64,000 nt of DNA, taken from contig CAZWPQ010000002.1 of assembly GCA_964636085.1 (NCBI GenBank), positions 1 through 64,000 of the forward strand. The letters are read 5' to 3'. Of this stretch, positions 1 through 9,000 are shown piece after piece (position 1 is the stretch's first letter; every line of letters starts with the position of its first letter). This DNA is from an uncultured Nitrososphaerota archaeon. Its GTDB lineage: Archaea; Asgardarchaeota; Njordarchaeia; Njordarchaeales; Panguiarchaeaceae. A program made the position numbers and the translations under genes. The notes under the pieces were generated by a model. It worked only from the letters and a program-made list of their open reading frames with translations, did no database searches and was not told the DNA's origin.

Positions 1-97
1 TAATAGGCTTAGTGCGGAGATGAAGGAGCTTCGTGAGGACTTTAATAGGCTTAGTGCGGAGATGAAGGAGCTTCGTGAGGACTTTAATAGGCTTAGT
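1..97 (+). repeat. Perfect 42-bp tandem repeat (at least 2.3 copies, likely continuing upstream) encoding 14-aa coiled-coil units
   Basis: Unit taataggcttagtgcggagatgaaggagcttcgtgaggactt at 1-42 and 43-84, partial copy at 85-97. Confidence 0.95.
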
Positions 98-493
98 ACA
101 CGATTGGAATTGCGCTTGGAGGCTCTTGGGGCTAGATGGGGTATCTTGTCTGAGAGGGCTTTTAGAGAAGGCATGAAGTATATCATTGAAAAATTTTTTG
201 GTGGGCGTGTAGGTAGGTGGGAATATTATGATGAAAAGGGGTATGTATATGGTGTCCCCTCGGTAGTTGATGTTGACGTTTTGATTAAGGATTCGGAACA
301 TATATTAGTCGAGGTAAAGTCTAGGATTGATCGTCCAGATGTAGCTGTCTTTAAGAAGAAGGCAGAACTTTATGAAAAGGTTGAGGGCGTCAAGGCAAGG
401 CTTGTCATGATCTCGCCATTTGTTACTGATCCTGCTGTAGATCTTGCAACAAAGCTTGATATAAAGATAATAAAAGGTATACCTGGATATTAG
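2..493 (+). CDS. Coiled-coil + PD-(D/E)XK nuclease-like protein (DUF3782/DUF1626 family), 5'-truncated by window edge
   Basis: Frame is open from base 2. Heptad repeat FNRLSAEMKELRED, then ALGARWG..SE.AFREGM, D.DV and LVEVKS motifs typical of archaeal DUF3782-type proteins. Confidence 0.85.
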   Translation, partial: NRLSAEMKELREDFNRLSAEMKELREDFNRLSTRLELRLEALGARWGILSERAFREGMKYIIEKFFGGRVGRWEYYDEKGYVYGVPSVVDVDVLIKDSEHILVEVKSRIDRPDVAVFKKKAELYEKVEGVKARLVMISPFVTDPAVDLATKLDIKIIKGIPGY

Positions 494-764
494 GGGATCC
501 ACTAAATATATGCTTTGTCGAGGTGGGATCCTAAGGATATATCCCTGACATATGTTAACTAAGAAATATGATTGGAATTGTTTATGGTATCGCTCTGTAG
601 CTATAGAACATTTCTATATCTGTACTGGGAATGTTAGTTGGGATACTCTGATAGTAGCTGTGGTATCCCTTTATTCCATTAAAAATATTTTTATGTTTTT
701 GTTTCTTTTAGCGAAAAAAAGAATCACCAAAGATTTTCCTTGTTGGATGGGAAAGGTGTCGAGC

Positions 765-1718
765 ATGAATAAGGAGGAATTAGTAAAAAAGCTTAATGAT
801 GCCGCAAAAAAGCTTGAAGGAAAGGATGATAAGTACTATGTATATGAGAGAGTAATGCCTGGTAGGGGAGAGGGGACATATAGGTTTACCTTTATTGCAA
901 AGAAGAAGAAAAAGCGGGGATTGTTTGGAGCGATCTTAAATATTGCCAAGAAAACCTACTACTATGGTACTCGTGGCGTTACATATGGGATAATGGATGA
1001 AATAACTAGAAGAAGAATGCAGGAACAACTCAATCTAACACCAATAGAGAGAGAATTAATCGGAGCAGAACTAGCGTTAATATTCAAAAGGTGGGCAGAA
1101 ACTATACCCCAAGGATACATAGAGACGATTGGCAACAATTTGTCTCTACCCAACGAAGACAAATGGATCGTAGCAAAAATAAATCCCGACAAGGAAATAA
1201 GAATAACCATAGATTTTGTGTCGCTCAAAAGGGAGGTACCACCAACACAGCCCACTCCAACGCCTACACCCGCGGCTCAGCCAACGCCTGCTCCACAAGC
1301 AGTACCAACCACTCAACCAGTAACAATTCCCGTACCAACACCCTCAACAATTCCAGTCCCTATCCCAGTTGTAGATTTCTCAACATTATATGTGAAGGGT
1401 AGTCTAACAAAGTATGAGGGTGGGGTGTCTTTTGCCATTAAGAATATAGTAAAACCGACAACTATTCATAAACCAATCATTGTCAAGATAGATGGAAAAC
1501 AGATGGATTCCTCAAAAATAAAGATTGTAAGTAATGCAGGAGAGAGATTAAATACCTCCATAAGTGACAGTAATCCGTTGCCCGTCGCACATGGCGAAAC
1601 ACTTTTGATCAAGGTCGAAGGAGTAGATTTATCACCAGGAATGCATAAGATAGATGTAACAGTAAACATAGAAGAGGTTGGGGATATAATAATATCTAAT
1701 GTAGATAAGCTCCAGTAA
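765..1718 (+). CDS. Two-domain hypothetical protein: unknown N-domain, Pro/Thr linker, C-terminal beta-sandwich (LYVKGSL...IKN...KIDG...GxHKIDV family)
   Basis: ORF track 552-1718, but the upstream part looks non-coding. ATG at 765 follows AAGGTG. PTQPTPTP linker; the C-domain resembles, from memory, the small domain fused to some HMG-CoA reductases (DUF6379-like). Confidence 0.7.
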   Translation: MNKEELVKKLNDAAKKLEGKDDKYYVYERVMPGRGEGTYRFTFIAKKKKKRGLFGAILNIAKKTYYYGTRGVTYGIMDEITRRRMQEQLNLTPIERELIGAELALIFKRWAETIPQGYIETIGNNLSLPNEDKWIVAKINPDKEIRITIDFVSLKREVPPTQPTPTPTPAAQPTPAPQAVPTTQPVTIPVPTPSTIPVPIPVVDFSTLYVKGSLTKYEGGVSFAIKNIVKPTTIHKPIIVKIDGKQMDSSKIKIVSNAGERLNTSISDSNPLPVAHGETLLIKVEGVDLSPGMHKIDVTVNIEEVGDIIISNVDKLQ

Positions 1719-1730
1719 TTTTTCTTTTTT
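1719..1730 (+). terminator. Oligo-T archaeal terminator
   Basis: tttttctttttt immediately after the stop codon. Confidence 0.5.
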
Positions 1731-1902
1731 ATTACCCTTATCTATTTTACATCATTGCTGTTTCCAACCCGAAGCATATTATATTCTAGATGTTCATAAT
1801 AAGCATCTATATGGAGGACTCTTCGACTAGTTGGCTAAAATATAAAAATTCCATAAATTTATTGGGGAGACTTTACCATAAGGATTATCAGAGGAGTTGA
1901 CC

Positions 1903-4900
1903 ATGAGATCTGCTGTTATTTTACTTTTTATCCTTATTGGTAGTCTGGGGTACTATAATGTTGATATTGGTTTAAATGGTGTGAAGAATAGTGGAATAAT
2001 TAGATCAAGCCAAGCTACGCACATATACAATTCGGATATGACAACGCGAGACTACTTGAGGTCAAGAAACCCAAAGAGCGAGACATATGCAAGATCCTAC
2101 AGTTTACATAGGGACAACATTCAGGGGGAATGGTTCTACAATGAAACAATAACATTGTGGTCTATGTTTGGAGGTGGAGACATAAAATTTATTGGATATG
2201 CAAACACGTCCACATGGGGCAAAATAATTGTCTTTATACTAGACTACGCTATAGAATTAATAACAATCGAGAACATATCGGATATTATTATGGTTACCTA
2301 CGTTTATCAGAAGATATATGACTTGCCAATAGTTGGTCACTATATAGGAGATATCGATGCTGATGGATGGGATGAGATAGTTATTGCGTATGGCAATACC
2401 ATTGAGATCGTAGGAGAGTATATATCAGAGGGTCTAACTGGTATAGAAAACATTACTGGGATGACCTGTGCCAATATTGATGGTGATGAATATCTTGAGT
2501 ATGTTATAACAACAAGTTTTCCAAGGGCTCGAATCTATGAGCATGATTTTTCATTAATAAGCGTGGAGAGTTTGCCTACTGGTTTTGATGAATTTAAGGT
2601 ATTGGCTACAGATACGGATAATGATGGGTACGACGAAGCAATAATTGTGAGGAATGACCATGATAATATGCGTGTTAATATCCTGAAGCTCGAGTCCAGT
2701 GGAGCAGTGGAGATAAATGAGACAATTGAGAATGCGTTATGCACAGATGCGTATATTGCAAGGACTAGTATGCCAGGCGAATATGTCCGCCTTGTAATGT
2801 CTATAAATACAATAGCTGGATACGAAGTATCTGCATATAATATAACTTATGATACTTTGGATGAGGTCTGGTATCATAGCCATATGGATCCAATAAGCTC
2901 GCTTCTTGTCTTCGACATTACTGCTGGCTATCCAGGTGATGAAGTATTCGTCTCGACAAACAATACAATAATAGGATATCGATCCGACACTGGAGAAGAA
3001 GTATATTACTTGTCTGGCGAGAGCTATAATATTGTCTCCCTATGTGGGTTCTATTTTAATGAGACGAAGAGAGGACTAATATATAGTCTAGATTACAAGG
3101 AGATAGTAATATTGAATGATTCCTTTAACGAGATCAACCGTACTCAGGTCACTGATACATACGTTGATATGATATATTCCACCAACATATTCTTGGGATA
3201 TCCCTATGAGATAATAACATGCGACATATCAAATATAGGGACTGTCGTAACTATCAACGGATCAGCCATAGTTCAAAAGAAAGATTTTCTGGTCGCAGGA
3301 AGTATTGGATATGCTAGGTATCTGAGGGAATATAGCTATTATTTTGTTGCTGGAAAGATACCCTATATAATGGGGATCTCCTGCAATGGAACAATTATAT
3401 GGTCACATAGAATATCTGGAGAGGTCTATAGGGTCGCCTACTGGGATAATGGAGAAACATTCTTCGTTGTGGGTGATGATTCAGGTAATGTCTACCTCGT
3501 TGGGGCCCAAGGGGAGATACTAGGCACATATGACATTCTGAATGTAACCTATGGCATAGCCATATGGGACCTAGATAATGACGGAGACATAGAGACAGCC
3601 TTGGGTACATACCAATACATTATGATCCTAGATGAGGGAGAAATCATAAAGACGACAAATCTAAATGATATTGTCACGTGCATATCCTTGGTGGACTATG
3701 ATGGTGACGAGTATCTAGATATCTGTGCTGGGTTGCATTCAGGAAAGATAGCGATATATGAATATAATGGCTCCTCAATTGTTGAGCAGGATGCGCAGAA
3801 TCTGCCGGAGGGATTCATCCCTATATTCTCAGCAACGGGTGATTATAATGGTGATGGAAGATTCGACTCTGTCCTTGTGGTTGGGAATTTTTCATATACA
3901 AAAATATACACTGTAGATATATCATATGGCGTCGCTAATGTTTTGGATATAGACGGATATTATCCATATTTAGATACGGGCAAAATTGTTCAGCCAATAC
4001 TACTAGTAGATATGAATGGCGATTCCAAGGATGATTTAATAACTGGGCTACAAGGAGATGTGGATGGAAGGATATACTTCATAGACCTCAATGATCTAGA
4101 CAAGGGCGTTAAATACTATACAGTCCCATACGAGAATTCTAATCAGGATAAGATATACTTTATAGGCTCCCAATACATCGACAGATACTACATGATTGAT
4201 GTTGTCGTTGGTACATCAAGAGGGAAAATATTCGTGTTTACCAACAATTTCTTCTCAAATACAATCCCAACAGCATGCATAAAGATAAACGGCTCGGTCA
4301 GGACAATAGCTGCCATGGACATAGACGGGGATGGATTAGCCGAGTTTGCCGTTGGAGGGAGCATGGGTATGAGTCTACTAGACTACTATCATTATCTCAA
4401 TCTATCAGTGATGAGCCCCGAGAACACTGCAGAAATTGCCTATGTTAATAGTAATAATATCACTATCTCATGGTTGGCATATTGTGACATAGGGATAGAG
4501 TCATATTCCATACTTAAGAATGGTACACCTATAATTCCTAATATACCCCCCAACGATACGAGCGTCGAAATAGTGGTTGATGATGGAGTATGGACCATAG
4601 CAATAACGGCTAGGACTCCAACATCCAATCTAAGGGGCAACTGCACATTCCTTCTTGTCGTCGATACGGTTTCTCCAAGCATATGGTTTGAGTCCTCCCC
4701 AGACAAATATTCTAATGAGAGAGAACCACTATTTGTATGGAATGCCTCGGATGATCTCTCGGGAATAGACCACTATGTATTCTTGGTAAATGGTTCACTG
4801 TTAAACAAGACGCTTCCCGCTAAGAATAATTCCTTAAGTTTCAGGGTCAATACTACTGCATTGTATAATATAACAATATGGGCATACGATCGAGCTGGAA

Positions 4901-5928
4901 ACAATGCAAGTATCTCTAAGAAGATATATTTTGACTATGTATCTCCAGACATATTTATTGAGGAGCCACATCGTGACAGCAATTGCAGACACTACATAAA
5001 CGAGGATGGAGTACTCGTGGAGGTATCATGGAATTGCTCTGATAATCTAAACATAAGCACAATACTGGTAATTATTGATAAGAATGGCGAAATAAGCGTT
5101 GTTCCCTTATCTCCATACGAAAGGGAATACTATGTATCTATAAGTGGTGAGGGAGCATACAATGTAACCATTATGGCCATAGATATTGCTGGAAATAGCA
5201 ACAGTGACTATGTCTTAATAATCGCAGATTTTACCCCGCCTATAATTCAGGATGTAAGTCCCACAAACTTATCCGCGATAAATAGGCCGACATTTGAAGT
5301 AACATTTGTCGCTGTGGATATGTTGTCTGGAATTAACCACACATCCGTATATGTTGATAATATATTTGTTGGGCGAATCTATAATAGATCGTTTGGCGGC
5401 ATACCTGTAGATTTGGATTATCTAAACAGGTCTATAGAGGGGACACACAACATAACAATACAAATAGTGGATAATGCGGGAAATATTGCGTCTAGGACAA
5501 TAGTATTTATATATGACACAACAAAACCAGAGGCGAGGATAACGTCCCCCTCACCTGGGGATGTCTATGGAACACAGGTCGAAATAAGCTGGCGTGCAGA
5601 AGACAACCTATCCGGAATAGTGTATGTCGAAGTCTGGATAGACTCCCAACTACTATACTCAAAAACATTCAGTATACCGCAGCAATCAGTATCTGAAACG
5701 AATATAACCATAATCGACTATGGTGAGCACATGATAACTCTCGTTGTTGTGGATAATGCGGGAAACTATGCCATAGATGAGGTCACCATCAATGTAAAGA
5801 GAAAAACCATAAGCACAGGATTAGCCTCTCTTATCCTAGTAATTATAGCAACAACAATAATAACATTTGCAACATTAAGATATTTTATAAAGAAAAAAGC
5901 CAGAAGACTCGAAGAACGGCGAAGCTAA
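1903..5928 (+). CDS. Large type I membrane surface protein: FG-GAP/VCBS beta-propeller region + about 5 Ig-like domains + C-terminal TM
   Basis: Signal peptide; repeated DxDxDG..(E/D) motifs (DIDADGWDE, DTDNDGYDE, DLDNDGDIE, DYNGDGRFD, DMNGDSKDD, DIDGDGLAE); D.AGN Ig repeats; TM followed by KKKARR. ATG 1903 follows GAGGAG (ORF track start is TTG 1897). Confidence 0.85.
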   Translation: MRSAVILLFILIGSLGYYNVDIGLNGVKNSGIIRSSQATHIYNSDMTTRDYLRSRNPKSETYARSYSLHRDNIQGEWFYNETITLWSMFGGGDIKFIGYANTSTWGKIIVFILDYAIELITIENISDIIMVTYVYQKIYDLPIVGHYIGDIDADGWDEIVIAYGNTIEIVGEYISEGLTGIENITGMTCANIDGDEYLEYVITTSFPRARIYEHDFSLISVESLPTGFDEFKVLATDTDNDGYDEAIIVRNDHDNMRVNILKLESSGAVEINETIENALCTDAYIARTSMPGEYVRLVMSINTIAGYEVSAYNITYDTLDEVWYHSHMDPISSLLVFDITAGYPGDEVFVSTNNTIIGYRSDTGEEVYYLSGESYNIVSLCGFYFNETKRGLIYSLDYKEIVILNDSFNEINRTQVTDTYVDMIYSTNIFLGYPYEIITCDISNIGTVVTINGSAIVQKKDFLVAGSIGYARYLREYSYYFVAGKIPYIMGISCNGTIIWSHRISGEVYRVAYWDNGETFFVVGDDSGNVYLVGAQGEILGTYDILNVTYGIAIWDLDNDGDIETALGTYQYIMILDEGEIIKTTNLNDIVTCISLVDYDGDEYLDICAGLHSGKIAIYEYNGSSIVEQDAQNLPEGFIPIFSATGDYNGDGRFDSVLVVGNFSYTKIYTVDISYGVANVLDIDGYYPYLDTGKIVQPILLVDMNGDSKDDLITGLQGDVDGRIYFIDLNDLDKGVKYYTVPYENSNQDKIYFIGSQYIDRYYMIDVVVGTSRGKIFVFTNNFFSNTIPTACIKINGSVRTIAAMDIDGDGLAEFAVGGSMGMSLLDYYHYLNLSVMSPENTAEIAYVNSNNITISWLAYCDIGIESYSILKNGTPIIPNIPPNDTSVEIVVDDGVWTIAITARTPTSNLRGNCTFLLVVDTVSPSIWFESSPDKYSNEREPLFVWNASDDLSGIDHYVFLVNGSLLNKTLPAKNNSLSFRVNTTALYNITIWAYDRAGNNASISKKIYFDYVSPDIFIEEPHRDSNCRHYINEDGVLVEVSWNCSDNLNISTILVIIDKNGEISVVPLSPYEREYYVSISGEGAYNVTIMAIDIAGNSNSDYVLIIADFTPPIIQDVSPTNLSAINRPTFEVTFVAVDMLSGINHTSVYVDNIFVGRIYNRSFGGIPVDLDYLNRSIEGTHNITIQIVDNAGNIASRTIVFIYDTTKPEARITSPSPGDVYGTQVEISWRAEDNLSGIVYVEVWIDSQLLYSKTFSIPQQSVSETNITIIDYGEHMITLVVVDNAGNYAIDEVTINVKRKTISTGLASLILVIIATTIITFATLRYFIKKKARRLEERRS

Positions 5929-6025
5929 GCTGTCCTCACCTAGCCCCATCTCTCAAGTAATTCTATGGAAAATACTTAAATATGTTTTTTTATTAATATA
6001 CTTATTATGATAAGTTGGTGCTTTT

Positions 6026-9000
6026 ATGAGGGCATATACAGCTTTCGTATTATTACTACTATTAACACTACCACTCGTATTTCTACCTGTGGAGATAGCA
6101 CCTCCGGCCCGTGAACATGAACAATACCTACCAAAATACGAGTATCCATTCCACATAAAGGAGACACCCACAGTATTTGAGGAATATCGGCCAACCGTAG
6201 ATATGAGGGGAACAGACGAACTTAAGACATACGATGAAGCTGGTGATTATGTACTGGAATGGACTGTTTCTCCGGGAGGAAAAGTCAAAAGTGCCGCACT
6301 AGCCATCCTTGATACAAGCGGATCATATGGTTATGTTGCAATTGAGGGGGACAAAATCAAGGCATACCAAGGATCAAATCTAGGAAATCCTATCTGGAAT
6401 GTGACCGACCCAAAAGCAATTGCGTTAACTGCTGGAGATATTGATGGCGATGGTTTGGATGAGATAGGAGTTGTCTCTTCGGATAGTCTATACATAATAG
6501 AGTCCGATGGCTCCATATCACCATATGTATGGTCAAACTCTCCTTTCCCTAATGTTATCGCTATAAGATATGTCCCATCCCTAAGAATGTTCGTCTATGT
6601 ATCATCTAGAGAGGTGCTCAAATGGGATACCAAGGGCAACACTACACTCTATGAGGGAATGATTTCGGTTGCCGAGATTTCGGACGATTTCGTCGTTATT
6701 GGCTACGATAATGTCTTCAAGATTGTATACTACAACAATAATACTGTGATTTCGGGAGAAGTAGAAAATGAGATAACTGCGATTTCTGTCGCAAATAATT
6801 CAGATGTGTATTATATAGGTATAGGCACTTCTGAGGGAGACATTTACCTCTTTAAGCATACGGGTCAGAGTATTATAGAGCTCTGGCACACAACGGCTGG
6901 CCCCATAGTAGAGCATATCTCTGTATGCTGGCCCGTTAATCCATCCGGTCTTCCATATATATATGCCGCTAGTAGTGGTAAAATATATAGGCTGTATTAT
7001 GGCTTCATTATTAATACCATAAATATTGGCGACAAGGTCACATATTTCTATGATACAGACCTCGACCTAAATGGCTATATAGACCTTGTAGTGGCGACGG
7101 ATGGTGGGGAGATATATATATTATCCTATGATCTCCTTTACGAGGCATCTGGTCGCGTTGGAGAGGAAATATTATTTGTGTTTGATGGAATAATCAATGG
7201 GAAAGATGCGTCCCTATTGATCTTCAAAGACTTCGAGGTAGTATGGGCAAGGTTTACTGGAAATGGACTCAATGTTCTGGCAAAATACGCCACAGGAAAC
7301 ACATTTTATGCATCTGTAATAATATATGATGAGAATATAGGTTATCAAATAATTGCGGGAGGAGAGGACGGATACTTATATTGGCTATCAACAAGCGGCA
7401 CAGTTATGTCCAGGATGTATATTGGTGGCATAATAAGACAAATATACACATATGGGGACTATATCATAGTGAATAATGGTAGTCTCATAATCATTGACGA
7501 CAGCCTAGGAGTCACCAATAAAATGAACAACATAGAAAAAGTCCTAATCGGCGAGGTTGACGGTGTCTTTAGTTCTCCCGATATTGTCATGCTCACTTTA
7601 AGTGGGGAGATATACGTCTTGACGGAACTATCATCATCACCGATACAAGTTGGCGAGATAACAGTAACATATGAGGATTTCGTTCTGGCCAAATGTTATT
7701 CCAATCGGTCATACTCATTGATAATTGCGAATACCTCCTCTAGCGAAATACATGAGATAGATGTTGTGAATAGTGCTACTGTTGACTACAGTATAGGCTC
7801 AACGATAGTAGATTTCTCTGTGGCTAGTGGATCCCCCGATAGAGCAGTCTTTATTACTGATGATGGATATATCAAGGCCCTGTCGGATGGAGTGATAGAG
7901 TCCAAGTATGTTGGCCCCTCACCTAAGCCAATACGCGTGCTGGGTGCGGATTTGGATGAGGATCATGTAGATGAGATATTGGTGGTATTCTCTAATAGCT
8001 ACTTGGTTGTGTATAGCTATGACCTAGAGGATACTGGCATATCTACAATATTGGATGGTTATGTATACTCAATATACGCCATCAATATTGACCATGACGA
8101 CTCCGACGAGATTATCTATGGGTCGTCGACAGATACTGGTTATCTGGTTATGATTCTTGATAATAGTTTATCAAAGATGTACTCCACAATGTCTTCGGGT
8201 CTTCTATATGGCTTTGGTACATTGGATATTGATGATGATCTATCGGCCGAGATGGCCCTAGCAACTAGTGGGCTTACTTATCTAAATAGGAGAACTGTAT
8301 ACATTAGACTATTAAATCCATCTACAACGTATACTGTAGGTTGGTCTCCCTCCATATATATAATGTGGAGCATCCATAGTGAGGATCCAGTAAGCTCCAT
8401 TGACATATACTTGGGAACAAAGAAAGTAGTATCATTATCAGGAGACGTGGCTGGCTTCAACCTTACCCTAACAGACAAGGGCAATTACACAGTGAAGGTC
8501 GAGGCAACCACTGCCGCTGGGATTAAGTGCTATGTAGCTTTTGTATATTATTACGATCCGAACTTAGAACCCGTTCCGGTTGAAGTAACAATAAATACTC
8601 CAAGCGATGGTGCAGAGATATATGGTCCAGTGATAATATCTGGTGTTGCCAAAGGCCTACCAAATGTTAATGTTACCATACTTATTGATTCGGGAGTAGA
8701 GATCATATATCCTAAGATACAATCTGCTGGTGTTGGTAAATGGTATTGGCAGGCCCAATGGGATCCATTTGGATATACTGGAACCCACACAATAACCGTT
8801 AAGGCATACAATTATACAGTTCTACAAAATGGCACCATAGATATTGGAGATGTAGCCGTCATGACGATTAGTGTGGATATTATAGCCCCTCAGGTCTATA
8901 TATGGGCTAAGTATGATGGTAATCCCGATCCAGAGATTATAGGTACCTTCTTGCCCAATATAACTGTTGTTAACAGGATATATGTTCGGGTAATGTGGCC

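Noticed and set aside
552-764. N-terminal extension of ORF 552-1718 (likewise the track extensions at 12491, 18091, 20461, 29009, 41610, 46259)
   Set aside because: AT-rich promoter-like sequence; downstream starts have better RBS context and/or match where family-like sequence begins.
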